From: an uncultured Actinomycetota bacterium
GTDB taxonomy: Bacteria > Actinomycetota > Actinomycetes > Mycobacteriales > Micromonosporaceae
Assembly: GCA_963836775.1 (NCBI GenBank)
Contig: CAWIKR010000002.1
Coordinates: 663,042 to 727,041, forward strand
Length of the DNA stretch: 64,000 nt
Reading direction: 5' to 3'
This document shows positions 9,247 through 18,491 of the stretch, in pieces (the stretch's first letter is position 1; each line of letters begins with the position of its first letter). The notes beneath the pieces are model-generated. The model was not told the DNA's origin, searched no databases, and was given only the letters and a program-made list of their open reading frames with translations. The position numbers were made by a program, and so were the translations under genes.

Positions 9247-10032
9247 CTATCCCCGTTGGATTTGTTGCACGTAGCGGGCAAGGTCCTGATCGCCGCCGAC
9301 CAATTCCACGGTGCCGGCGACCAGGCGATGTGCGGCGTCGAACAGCTCCCCATCACCGGTGGCCCGCTGGCCCAGACACGTGAGCATGTCCTCGACGTAT
9401 CCATTGGGCACCACGGCCAACCTGAGAGCGACGGAGAGTGCGTCGCGCGCGCTGGCCACCACGATCGGTGCGTCGTCGGACTCGTTCAGCGGACGAAGCA
9501 CGCCTGGGCCGTAGCCGGCCAGCCGCGCGGCCGCCGCGCGCAGCCCGACCGCATCGCCGATAGACCGGGCGTTGGCCATCTTCGCGAATTCGGCGACGAA
9601 ATCCTCCAGCTCCGGATCGGCGGCCGGGTGAGTGAGCGCGGTGCGGTCCAGGCGTCGCCGCCAATCCGGATCGCGGACCCACATCAGCCGGGTGGCCTCG
9701 GCGGCGGCGAATCCCAGCGCCCAGCTCGCCGGCTCGGCTTCCGCACCGAGCCAGTCATCGGCGCCGCGAATCGTCACCGAAATGTGCACCAGGCGGTCGT
9801 CGAGCCGATCCAGCCACCACGGAAACTCGGCGGCGCGACCGGCGCCGACGATGACGTCGAAGTCGATGTCGCTGAACGGCGCCGCATCACCGCGAGCAAA
9901 TGAGCCTTTCAGGAACACCGCGACCGCATCCGGAATGTCGGTGGCCAGTCGCTGCACCCAGGATTCGATCAGGTCCTCGGCCACCGGCTCGGCTTCGGTT
10001 CGGGTCGCGGCCAGCTTCAGCCTGTCGGTCAT
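9247..10032 (-). CDS. Nucleotidyltransferase domain protein (Pol-beta superfamily, ANT-like)
   Basis: GSFARGDAAPFSDIDFDV (G-S ... D-x-D) motif; ATG at 10032 preceded by AGGAGG; the ORF extension up to 10215 looks non-coding. Confidence 0.7.
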   Translation of the reverse strand: MTDRLKLAATRTEAEPVAEDLIESWVQRLATDIPDAVAVFLKGSFARGDAAPFSDIDFDVIVGAGRAAEFPWWLDRLDDRLVHISVTIRGADDWLGAEAEPASWALGFAAAEATRLMWVRDPDWRRRLDRTALTHPAADPELEDFVAEFAKMANARSIGDAVGLRAAAARLAGYGPGVLRPLNESDDAPIVVASARDALSVALRLAVVPNGYVEDMLTCLGQRATGDGELFDAAHRLVAGTVELVGGDQDLARYVQQIQRG

Positions 10033-10091
10033 GGTCGCCTCCTGTACGCGCGTGCCGGTTCCCGCGGTCGGCGTCTCCGATCGGCCGCCGG

Positions 10092-10910
10092 CTAGTGCGT
10101 TCGGTCGGCCGGCGGTGGCGCCACCGGATTGGGGATCGCTCCGCCGAAGCGGCGATCCCGCTGGGCAAAGATCTCGCATCCATACCAGAAGTGGCGACGA
10201 TCGAAATCCGGCCACAATGTGTCCAGCGTGACGAATTCTGCGTACGCCGCCTGCCAGATCAGGTAATTCGACAGGCGCATCTCACCGGACGAACGCAGCA
10301 CCATGTCGACATCGGGCATATCCGGCTCATCCAGGTAGCGCGCGAATGTCTTCTCGTTGATCTTGTCCGGCTTGATCCGGCCGTCCGCCACGTCCTGAGC
10401 CAGCTTGGCGGCCGCGTCGGCGATCTCGGCCCGGCCGCCGTAGTTGACGCAGAAGTAGAGGTTGATCAGGTCGTTGTGCCGGGACATCTCCTCGGCGATC
10501 TCGAGCTCGTTGATGACGCTGCGCCACAGCTTGGGCCGTCGGCCCACCCAGTGGACCCGCACCCCCATCTCGACGAACTGGTCCCGGCGCCGGTGGATGA
10601 CATCCCGGTTGAACGCCATCAGCCAGCGCACTTCCTCCGGCGATCGGCGCCAGTTCTCGGTCGAGAACGCGTACGCCGAAAGGTTTTTGACGCCGAGCTC
10701 GATGGCGCCCTCGATGACGTCGAAGAGGGCCGCCTCGCCCATCTTGTGGCCCTCGGTGCGGGGCAGACCGCGCTGCTTGGCCCACCGGCCGTTGCCATCC
10801 ATGATGATCGCGACGTGGTTGGGTATCGCCTCGCCCGGCAGCTTGGGTGGCTGCGCACCGGTGGGGTGCGGCGACGGCAGGGTGTATTCGCGACGGCGGT
10901 TCTTGATCAA
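10092..10910 (-). CDS. uppS: Isoprenyl transferase (undecaprenyl/decaprenyl diphosphate synthase)
   Basis: HVAIIMDGNGRWA, YAFSTENW..., RTSGE.RLSN motifs; no ATG available, so a TTG at 10910 overlapping the recO TGA (TTGA) is proposed. Confidence 0.85.
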   Translation of the reverse strand: MIKNRRREYTLPSPHPTGAQPPKLPGEAIPNHVAIIMDGNGRWAKQRGLPRTEGHKMGEAALFDVIEGAIELGVKNLSAYAFSTENWRRSPEEVRWLMAFNRDVIHRRRDQFVEMGVRVHWVGRRPKLWRSVINELEIAEEMSRHNDLINLYFCVNYGGRAEIADAAAKLAQDVADGRIKPDKINEKTFARYLDEPDMPDVDMVLRSSGEMRLSNYLIWQAAYAEFVTLDTLWPDFDRRHFWYGCEIFAQRDRRFGGAIPNPVAPPPADRTH

Positions 10911-11686
10911 GATGGCCCCGAGGATCGATCGACTAGGGGTAACGAGCGTAGCCCGCGCTCCAGATGCCACTGTAGGTGAGCCGCCACCAGGCCGGATGCC
11001 TCCCGCTGCGGACCCGCCTCGGCACCGTCGGCGACCGCCCAGTCGCCGGTGGCCAGCGCCAGCATCAGATCGAGCGCCGGCGGGCTCGGATGCAGGGCAC
11101 CCGGCGGCCGGCAGTCGTGGCATACGCAGCCACCGGCCGCGATCGAGAAGCCGCGATGCTGGCCCGGCGTGCCGCAGACCGCGCAGGCGTCCAGCGCCGG
11201 GGCCCAGCCCGCGGTGGCCATCGAACGCAGCAGGTAGGAATCGAGAATCAGCGAGGGTGCGTGCTCGGCACCGGCCAGCGATCGCAGCGCACCGAGGGTC
11301 AGAAGGTAGAGCCGGATCGACGGCTCCTCCTCGATGGTGGTCAGGCGCTCGGCGGTCTCGGCGATCGCGCTCGCCGTGGTGTAGCGCGGATAGTCGCCGA
11401 GGAAGTTCTTCCCGAACAGGTCGATGCCCTCGACCTGAGCCACCGTGTGCAGCGACGACCGGCTCTCCGAGATCTGCACGTCGATGTGCCCGAACGGCTC
11501 CAGCCGCGCACCGAACTTCGACGTCGTCCTCCGGACGCCTTTGGCCACCGCGCGAATCCGGCCGTGCTGGCGGGTGAACATGGTGACGATGCGATCCGAC
11601 TCGCCCAGTTTCTGGCAGCGCAGCACGACCGCGTCATCGCGGTAGATCTTGTTGCGGAATCCGCCCCTCGCCGGCACGTCGCCCAT
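10907..11686 (-). CDS. recO: DNA repair protein RecO
   Basis: KIYRDDAVVLRCQKLGESDRIVTMFTRQHGRIRAVAKGVRR and a C-terminal Cys cluster CAVCG...C.C..C; ATG at 11686. The segment up to 11776 carries a repeat element rather than coding sequence. Confidence 0.85.
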   Translation of the reverse strand: MGDVPARGGFRNKIYRDDAVVLRCQKLGESDRIVTMFTRQHGRIRAVAKGVRRTTSKFGARLEPFGHIDVQISESRSSLHTVAQVEGIDLFGKNFLGDYPRYTTASAIAETAERLTTIEEEPSIRLYLLTLGALRSLAGAEHAPSLILDSYLLRSMATAGWAPALDACAVCGTPGQHRGFSIAAGGCVCHDCRPPGALHPSPPALDLMLALATGDWAVADGAEAGPQREASGLVAAHLQWHLERGLRSLPLVDRSSGPS

Positions 11687-11734
11687 TGTCGCCGACGCGT
11701 ATGACGCTCCACCAGTAACCCGCTCCGTCCCCGT

Positions 11735-11774
11735 GTCCCGACTCGCCGGTAGCGACGCCAACGTCGCAAGATCC
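11735..11774 (-). repeat. Truncated copy of the GGATCTTGCGAYGTTGGCGT... palindromic repeat (family B)
   Basis: Minus strand reads GGATCTTGCGACGTTGGCGTCGCTACCGGCGAGTC. It matches the 5' half of the 29651-29717 element, but the 3' arm is missing. Confidence 0.55.
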
Positions 11775-11896
11775 ACGGTGGGGGCCCCTGGAGGCGTGAC
11801 CGCTCAACCGCTGGGCGACGCGACACGGTCCGGCACCGCCGCGACCGTGCTGGGGTGATCAACATCTGTGCACCAGCGCGCGGCTCCGCCGGCCGG

Positions 11897-11981
11897 TGAT
11901 CAAGTGCGCTAGCAGGTGCAAGACCAAGTGTTGTCGCGGTCGCCATAACGGCCTCCATGCTCAAGATCGTGCACTTGATCA
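11897..11981. repeat. 85-bp repeat with terminal inverted repeats TGATCAAGTGC(G/A)C (family A, copy 1)
   Basis: Gapless manual alignment with 29915-29999 gives about 70 of 85 identical positions. The first 13 nt and last 23 nt are identical, and the ends form a 13-bp stem. Confidence 0.75.
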
Positions 11982-12070
11982 TGGGATCCGGTCGACGCCC
12001 GCGACCCGACGCCGGCCCTCGTCGCCGGGCCGCAACCCCGCGCAGGCGGCGACCACCGACCAGAAAAAGA

Positions 12071-12976
12071 CTAGAACCCGAGCTTTCGCAACTGCTTCGG
12101 ATCCCGCTGCCACTCCTTCGCCACGCGGACGTGCAGATCCAGGAAGACCCGCCGCTCCAGCAGATCCTCGATCTCCAGTCGCGCCCGGGTGCCTACGTCC
12201 CGCAACCGCGATCCCCGGTGGCCGATCACGATCGCCTTCTGAGACGACCGCTCGACGTAGACATCCGCGAAGATCCGCATCAGCTTGCCCTCGTCCTGCA
12301 TCTCCTCGACCACGACGGCGATCGAGTGCGGCAGCTCATCGCGCACACCCTCCAGCGCCGCCTCGCGAATCAGCTCCGCGACCAGCACGTGCTCGGGCTC
12401 ATCGGTGAGCATCCCGTCCGGGTAGAGCTGCGGCGATTCGGGCAGATGCCGGCACAGCACGTCGGCCAGCACGTCGAGTTGGTCGCCCTCGACCGCGCTG
12501 ACCGGCACGATGTCGGCGAAGTCGGCGAGCTCGCTCACGGCGATCAGCTGGCGCGCCAGCTGCGCCTTGTCGACCAGGTCGGTCTTGGTGACCACGGCGA
12601 CCACCGTCTGCCTGAGCTCGGCCAGTTCGGAGATGATGAACCGGTCGCCCTTGCCAATCTCCTCGTTGGCCGGGATGCACAGGCCGATCACATCGACCTC
12701 GCTCCACACCTGGTGCACGAGATCGTTCAGCCGCTCGCCGAGCAACGTGCGGGGCCGGTGCAGGCCCGGCGTATCAACCAGGATCAGCTGTGCGTCGGAC
12801 CGATGCAGGATGGCCCGGATGACGTGCCGGGTGGTCTGCGGCTTGGTTGATGTGATGGCAATCTTCTGGCCGACGAGCGCGTTGGTCAGGGTTGATTTGC
12901 CGGCATTCGGCCGCCCAACAAAACAGGCAAAACCGGCATGGTACGCGCGCCCGACGCCCCCACCGTCCACAGTCAT
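12071..12976 (-). CDS. era: GTPase Era
   Basis: GRPNAGKSTL (G1), DTPG (G3), TKTD (G4), C-terminal KH domain; synteny with recO and ybeY. Confidence 0.95.
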   Translation of the reverse strand: MTVDGGGVGRAYHAGFACFVGRPNAGKSTLTNALVGQKIAITSTKPQTTRHVIRAILHRSDAQLILVDTPGLHRPRTLLGERLNDLVHQVWSEVDVIGLCIPANEEIGKGDRFIISELAELRQTVVAVVTKTDLVDKAQLARQLIAVSELADFADIVPVSAVEGDQLDVLADVLCRHLPESPQLYPDGMLTDEPEHVLVAELIREAALEGVRDELPHSIAVVVEEMQDEGKLMRIFADVYVERSSQKAIVIGHRGSRLRDVGTRARLEIEDLLERRVFLDLHVRVAKEWQRDPKQLRKLGF

Positions 12977-12994
12977 CTGGTCTCCGCCGCGAGG

Positions 12995-13375
12995 TCAGTC
13001 GTTGAACGTGCCGAGCACGACGCCGGTCGGCGACGCGAGATGGATGGGCGCGTGCGCCGACACGTCCCGCACTGCCGCCCGGCCAGGGCCGTCCAGCGTG
13101 GACGCCTCGGTCACCACGGCCGCCGCCTCGATCACATCGGCACCACCGACGACCGCGGAAGCGGTGGCGAGCTGGAGTGCGGTCAGCGACAGCGACGGCA
13201 GGTGCACGTTGGTGCCGGCATAGGTACGGCCGTCGCCGTCGCGTACCGCTGCTCCCTCCACCGCACCGGTGCGAGCCCGCGCCGCGCGCGCGAGGGTGAC
13301 CAGCTTCGCATCCTCCGCGGACAGACCCCCGGCAGTGGCCGGACGGTCGCCCGCGGGCAGGGTTGCCTCAGACAT
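12995..13375 (-). CDS. Cytidine deaminase-like conserved protein (Rv2365c-position)
   Basis: Small ORF between the CBS/CorC gene and era, as in mycobacteria; ATG at 13375 overlaps the upstream stop (ATGTCTGA). Confidence 0.6.
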   Translation of the reverse strand: MSEATLPAGDRPATAGGLSAEDAKLVTLARAARARTGAVEGAAVRDGDGRTYAGTNVHLPSLSLTALQLATASAVVGGADVIEAAAVVTEASTLDGPGRAAVRDVSAHAPIHLASPTGVVLGTFND

Positions 13376-14714
13376 CGACGTGTTGCCTCTCCTGGCGTAG
13401 GACGGCATCGTTCACCGGGGCCGGCGGCGGTGGAGTGGTCTCCTCGTCGTCACGCCAGACCAGCACGGTGTCGATGCGGTTGCGGCGACCGGTAGTGCCC
13501 TCGGCGCGCAGACGCAGACCGTCGACGGTCACCTCCGCGCCCGGGATCGGCACCCGGCCGAGCGCCTGCGCGAGCAGGCCGCCGACCGTCTCCACCTCGT
13601 CGCCATCGATGGTGATATCGAAGATCTCGCCGAGATCCTCGACCGACAGCCGGGCGGTGACCCGCACCGAGCCGTCGTCGAACTTCTGGATCGGTGGCCG
13701 CTCGTCGGCGTCGTATTCGTCGGTGATCTCGCCGACGATCTCCTCAAGGATGTCCTCGATGGTGACCAGGCCGGCGGTGCCGCCGTATTCGTCGACGATG
13801 ATCGCCATGTGCACGCGGTGCTGCTGCATCTCGCGAAGCAGGTCGTCGACCGGCTTGGACTCCGGCACGAAGGTCGCCTCGCGCATCAGGTCCCGGGCCA
13901 GCGTCTCGTTCGGCCGACCGGCCTCGGCCGCCTTGATGATGTCCTTGAGATAGACGATGCCGAGCACATCGTCGACGGTCTCGCCGATCAGCGGTACGCG
14001 TGAGAAACCCGAGCGCATCGCGAGCTTCAAGCCCTGCCGGATGGTGGCATCGTCGTCCAGGAAGACCATGTCGGTTCGCGGGACCATGACCTCTCGGGCG
14101 ATGGTGTCGCCGAGCGCCAGGGCGGAATGGATCATGTCGCGCTCGCCGTGCTCCACCACGCCCCGCTGCTCGGCCAGGTCGACCAGTTCGCGCAACTCGA
14201 CCTGAGTGGCGAACGGGCCGTCTCGGAAACCCTTGCCCGGTGTGAACGCGTTGCCGACCAGGATCAGCAGAGACGCCAGCGGGTTCAGGACCCGGCCCAG
14301 CCAGCGAACCAGTGGCGCGGCGATCCGGCCGACGGTGTAGGCGTGCTGGCGCCCGATGGTCCGGGGCCCCACGCCGACGGCCACGAACATGATCACCGTC
14401 ATCGAACCCGCGGTGATCAGGGCGGCTCGCCAGCCGGCCCCGAACTTGTCAATGGTCACCAGGGCGACCAGGGTGGTGGCGCCGAACTCGCAGAGCATCC
14501 GCAGGAGCAGCAGCAGATTGAGGTGCCGGACGATGTCGCCGGCGATCGCCTCGAGCGCACGCGCACCGCGCGCGCCCTCCCGGGCGATCTCGGCCGAGCG
14601 GGCCCGGGACACCGTGGAAAGCGACGATTCCGTCATGGCGAGCAGTCCCGCGATCACTACCAGGATCGCGGCGACGACCAGAAGCGTCGGCTCGGGTAAG
14701 TGGCTATCGGGCAT
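13368..14714 (-). CDS. Hemolysin-family membrane protein (CNNM/DUF21 + CBS pair + CorC_HlyC)
   Basis: N-terminal TM bundle, CBS-pair region and C-terminal transporter-associated domain; position of Rv2366c. Confidence 0.85.
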   Translation of the reverse strand: MPDSHLPEPTLLVVAAILVVIAGLLAMTESSLSTVSRARSAEIAREGARGARALEAIAGDIVRHLNLLLLLRMLCEFGATTLVALVTIDKFGAGWRAALITAGSMTVIMFVAVGVGPRTIGRQHAYTVGRIAAPLVRWLGRVLNPLASLLILVGNAFTPGKGFRDGPFATQVELRELVDLAEQRGVVEHGERDMIHSALALGDTIAREVMVPRTDMVFLDDDATIRQGLKLAMRSGFSRVPLIGETVDDVLGIVYLKDIIKAAEAGRPNETLARDLMREATFVPESKPVDDLLREMQQHRVHMAIIVDEYGGTAGLVTIEDILEEIVGEITDEYDADERPPIQKFDDGSVRVTARLSVEDLGEIFDITIDGDEVETVGGLLAQALGRVPIPGAEVTVDGLRLRAEGTTGRRNRIDTVLVWRDDEETTPPPPAPVNDAVLRQERQHVDV

Positions 14715-14719
14715 GGCGG

Positions 14720-15229
14720 CTACCGGGCCGCCCCGGGGATCGGCGGCGCGCCCACCACCGGGCGCCCGACACTGGTCTGCCAGCCACCGAGAAGGCGGGC
14801 CTGCAGGGTGAACATCTCTCTCGCCTCATCTGGTTCGGCATGGTCGTAGCCCAGCAGGTGGAGCACGCCATGAACCGTCAACAGGTGCAACTCGTCATCG
14901 GTGCCGTGGCCACCAGCGGCAGCCTGCTTGGCGGCCACCTCCGGGCACAGCACAATGTCGCCGAGCAGTGCCGGCTCGTTGCCGGCCGTCTCGGCCGGAC
15001 CGTGATCAACGCTGCTCTCGTCCATCGGGAAGGCCAGCACGTCGGTCGGCCCGTCGCCGCCCATCCAGCGGTGGTTCAGCTCGGCCATGTAGTCCACGTC
15101 GACGATCAGGATGGACAGCTCAGCGAGCGGGTTGACGCCCATCTCGTCCAGCGCGTAGCGCGCGACGGCGAGCACGTTGTCCGAGTCGATATCGGTGCCG
15201 GACTCGTTCGCGATCTCGATTGACACCAT
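14720..15229 (-). CDS. ybeY: rRNA maturation endoribonuclease YbeY
   Basis: [12 protein letters not shown]-terminus and [11 protein letters not shown] zinc motif. An upstream in-frame ATG at 15349 overlaps the phoH stop (ATGA) and is an alternative start. Confidence 0.9.
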   Translation of the reverse strand: MVSIEIANESGTDIDSDNVLAVARYALDEMGVNPLAELSILIVDVDYMAELNHRWMGGDGPTDVLAFPMDESSVDHGPAETAGNEPALLGDIVLCPEVAAKQAAAGGHGTDDELHLLTVHGVLHLLGYDHAEPDEAREMFTLQARLLGGWQTSVGRPVVGAPPIPGAAR

Positions 15230-15345
15230 CTCAGTGTCCCAGGTCGGCTCGCCCACGGCAGCATCGGCTCGCTCCCCACCGGCCCGCGTCTCGAATGGCC
15301 CCGCCATCGCGGGCAGGGCCATTCGGGGATCGTGGCCGGCTCCGG

Positions 15346-16416
15346 TCATCGTCGCCGGCCGGCTCGGCCACCGGCACTGCGTGTCGGCAGCACGTGCGGC
15401 GCGTTCTGGCTCTCGTCCCACTTGGAATAGGCGTCGACGATGTCGCTGACCAGCTTGTGCCGGACCACGTCGACACTCGTCAGCAACGAGAAGTGGATGT
15501 CCTCGACGCCGTCCAGGATGTCCTGCACCAGCCGCAGGCCGCTGCGGGTCCCGCTGGGCAGGTCGACCTGCGTGACGTCACCGGTCACCACGATCCTGGA
15601 GCCGAACCCGAGCCGGGTCAGGAACATCTTCATCTGCTCGGGCGTGGTGTTCTGGGCCTCGTCCAGGATGATGAACGCGTCGTTGAGCGTGCGACCCCGC
15701 ATATAAGCCAGCGGCGCCACCTCGATCGTGCCGGCCTGCATCAGGCGCGGAATCGAGTCCGGGTCGAGCATGTCGTGCAGAGCGTCGTAGAGCGGGCGCA
15801 AGTATGGGTCGATCTTGTCGTAGAGCGTGCCGGGCAGGAATCCCAGGCGCTCGCCGGCCTCGACCGCCGGCCGCGTCAGGATGATCCGGCTCACCTGCTT
15901 GGCCTGCAACGCCTGGACCGCCTTGGCCATCGCCAGGTAGGTCTTGCCGGTGCCGGCCGGACCGATGCCGAAGACGATGGTGTGGTTGTCGATCGCATCC
16001 ACATAACGCTTCTGACCCACGGTCTTGGGCCGGATCGTGCGGCCGCGGCGGGACAGGATATTCAGCGTCAGAACGTCGGCCGGTCGCTCCTCGGTGCCCT
16101 GCTTGAGCATGCCGATGATGCGGCGCACGACCTCAGTGGACAGGGTCTCGCCCTTGGCGATCAGTTCCAGGAGTTCGGAGAAGACGCGCTCGGCGAGCGC
16201 GTTATCGGCCGGGGCACCGCTCAGTGTGATCTCGTTGCCGCGGACCAGGATGTCGCTCGCGAGAGACCGCTCGATGAGCTTGAGGTTTTCATCGCGGGCG
16301 CCCAGCAGACTGACCATCATCTGCGGGTTGGGCACTGTGATCTTGTTCTGAACCCGGGCACCACGCTGTCCGCTGACTGCCACGGAGGGTGCGCTCTGGG
16401 ATGGACTCGTCGTCAT
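15346..16416 (-). CDS. phoH: PhoH family ATPase
   Basis: [11 protein letters not shown] Walker A, IILDEAQN Walker B; ATG at 16416 inside ORF 15346..16647. Confidence 0.9.
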   Translation of the reverse strand: MTTSPSQSAPSVAVSGQRGARVQNKITVPNPQMMVSLLGARDENLKLIERSLASDILVRGNEITLSGAPADNALAERVFSELLELIAKGETLSTEVVRRIIGMLKQGTEERPADVLTLNILSRRGRTIRPKTVGQKRYVDAIDNHTIVFGIGPAGTGKTYLAMAKAVQALQAKQVSRIILTRPAVEAGERLGFLPGTLYDKIDPYLRPLYDALHDMLDPDSIPRLMQAGTIEVAPLAYMRGRTLNDAFIILDEAQNTTPEQMKMFLTRLGFGSRIVVTGDVTQVDLPSGTRSGLRLVQDILDGVEDIHFSLLTSVDVVRHKLVSDIVDAYSKWDESQNAPHVLPTRSAGGRAGRRR

Positions 16417-16603
16417 AGGTGCGGCCGCGAGGCCTGCCTGCCTCTCCACTTGCGCCGAGGGCGTGGCCCCTGCGGTCACGTTCGACGGCGCTGAGACTCC
16501 ATCGTACCGACGGCGCCGACAACGTCGCCGCTCCATATCGCTTTTGTCCGGTGATGTGTTGATAGTCCGGTAAGCCACGGCACTTCTCCCGCGTCCCCCC
16601 GCG

Positions 16604-16651
16604 GATCTTGCGATGTTGGCGTCGTCATAGCCACCCCAACATCGCAAGATC
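16604..16651 (-). repeat. Family B palindromic repeat: perfect 16-bp stem GATCTTGCGATGTTGG / CCAACATCGCAAGATC with a 16-nt loop; probably acts as a terminator
   Basis: Lies 12 nt downstream of the serine hydrolase stop (16663) and upstream of phoH; same arms as the element at 29651-29717. Confidence 0.75.
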
Positions 16652-16662
16652 GGTCGGAGACG

Positions 16663-18030
16663 TCAGCCGAACGTCGCCTGCGTACGCGTGAGCCGATACG
16701 TCGCGTGGTTCATCTCGATCACCGCTCCGGTGTGGTCCCGGGTCAGCCGCAACCGTTCGCCTGCTTCCCGCCCGGAGACCGTACGCAGAATGTCGGTCTC
16801 GCCGTCGATCGGCGCGAACACCGACGGTGGCCGGCCGGCCGCGTCCTCGGCCACACGCATCTGCAGCGTGCCGTCCTTCCAGCCGAGGATGACCTCGGAT
16901 CCCTCGATCCACCAGCGGCCCAGGATCGAGCGGTAGTCGGCCGGCACCGGATCTGCGATCACCCACGGCTTGATCTCCGCCGGATCCGCCTCCACGACCA
17001 GGTTCAGGAGCTTGTGCGGCAACTCGATGATGGCTCCCGCCGTCCCGGACGAGCCCAGCACCGCCACGCCAAGCGCGTCCGGCGCGTCGCCGCCGAGCCG
17101 GCCGTAGACGCCGGCCAGGAATCCCGGCATGGCACCGTCATGACCGACGTGCATGACCCGGTCGCCCTGGGGTTGCAGGAGCAGACCGAGTCCGAATCCG
17201 GCGGCCCACAGATTCTCGTCGGTAACCGTCAGCGGCCAGCGCATCTCCTCGACGCTGGCCTTCGATAGCACGGAACCGTCCGGATCCACGGTGGCCGGAT
17301 CGGCGAGGAACGCCGCCCACTTCGCGAGATCCTGCGGCGCGCCCCAGAGCTGCGCGGCCGGGGCCACCGCCACGGTGTCCACCGGCACCTCGGCCCGGGC
17401 GCTGTCGGAATAGGGATCGACCAGGTAACCGACCGCCGCCGCTCCGGTCGGCTGCACGGTCACCGTCGCCAGCCCGAGCGGGGTCAGGATCCGGTCCTGG
17501 AGGACCGACGCCCAGGTGGAGTTCCGCTTGACGCCGACCAGGTAGCCGAGCAGCGCGACCGCGAGATTCGAGTAGTGGTAGCGGCGACCGGCCGGCAGCA
17601 CCCGCTCGGTCCACTCCAGGTCGGCGAGCAGGCCGTCGAGGTCCGGTGCCCGCAGCGTGTCCCAGACGTCGCCGTGCGGCTCGCGCTGGATGCCGGAGGT
17701 GTGCGACATCAGCCGCCGGATGGTCAGGCCGCTGTGCTGGCCGGCGTCGACGTGACTGCCGATCGGGTCGTCGAGGTCCAGCAAGCCGTCGTCGCGGCAC
17801 TGCATCACCAGCACGGCGGTGAACGTCTTGGTCACCGAGCCAAGCCGGAACTGGGTGTCCGCGTCCAGCGGCCGATCGGTGCCGGAACTGCCCACCTGCA
17901 TCGTCCACAACGGGCGGTCGGCGCGGTGGATCGCCACCGACAGGGCCGGGATCCGGTTCTCCGCCTGGGTCGATCGGATCAGGCGCTGGTATTTCGTCGC
18001 GACGTCTTGGGTAACGGCATCCGTGGTCAT
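16663..18030 (-). CDS. Serine hydrolase (beta-lactamase/DD-peptidase class C-like) with extra C-terminal domain
   Basis: SVTK (S-x-x-K) active-site motif near the N-terminus, YSN motif; ATGA overlap with the HIT gene. Confidence 0.8.
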   Translation of the reverse strand: MTTDAVTQDVATKYQRLIRSTQAENRIPALSVAIHRADRPLWTMQVGSSGTDRPLDADTQFRLGSVTKTFTAVLVMQCRDDGLLDLDDPIGSHVDAGQHSGLTIRRLMSHTSGIQREPHGDVWDTLRAPDLDGLLADLEWTERVLPAGRRYHYSNLAVALLGYLVGVKRNSTWASVLQDRILTPLGLATVTVQPTGAAAVGYLVDPYSDSARAEVPVDTVAVAPAAQLWGAPQDLAKWAAFLADPATVDPDGSVLSKASVEEMRWPLTVTDENLWAAGFGLGLLLQPQGDRVMHVGHDGAMPGFLAGVYGRLGGDAPDALGVAVLGSSGTAGAIIELPHKLLNLVVEADPAEIKPWVIADPVPADYRSILGRWWIEGSEVILGWKDGTLQMRVAEDAAGRPPSVFAPIDGETDILRTVSGREAGERLRLTRDHTGAVIEMNHATYRLTRTQATFG

Positions 18031-18374
18031 CCGGCGAGCATAGGACCCAGCGGCGCGCCGCCGAGGACGTGCACGTGCACGTGCGGCACCTCCATGCCGG
18101 CGTGCGCGCCGGTGTTGGTGATGGTGCGGTAGCCGGACTCGCCGACACCTTCCGCTTCGGCCACCGCGGCCGCCGCCGCCATCACCTCGCCGGCCAGGGC
18201 CGGATCAGCGCTCGCCAGCGCCGCGAGGTTCGTGTGATGCGCTTTCGGGATCACGAGTACGTGAACCGGCGCCTTCGGTGCGACGTCGCGGAACGCCAGC
18301 ACGTCGCCGGTCTCGTAGACGACGGTCGCGGGGATCTCCCGAGCGGCGATCTTGCAGAAGATGCAGTCGGTCAC
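18027..18374 (-). CDS. HIT family (histidine triad) nucleotide-binding protein
   Basis: CIFCKI... and HVHVHVLGG histidine triad. Confidence 0.9.
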   Translation of the reverse strand: MTDCIFCKIAAREIPATVVYETGDVLAFRDVAPKAPVHVLVIPKAHHTNLAALASADPALAGEVMAAAAAVAEAEGVGESGYRTITNTGAHAGMEVPHVHVHVLGGAPLGPMLAG

Positions 18375-18491
18375 CGGGGCAGTTTAGGCCCTGCCGGGCA
18401 GGCGACACGCCATCATGGTTGCGGCCAAATGTTCTGGTTCGGATGATTTGCGCCTGCGCGTGGTCGGTCCTGTCTCAGCGGCGGTGGCAGA

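Noticed and set aside
11896-12408. Look-alike ORFs beginning MIKCASRC / MIKCAARC (plus strand) and MIKCTILS (minus strand) at 11.9 kb and 29.9 kb, suggesting a small duplicated gene
   Set aside because: Similarity is confined to the 85-bp repeat, is equally strong on both strands and ends at the repeat border. Beyond that the ORFs diverge into GC-driven open frames.
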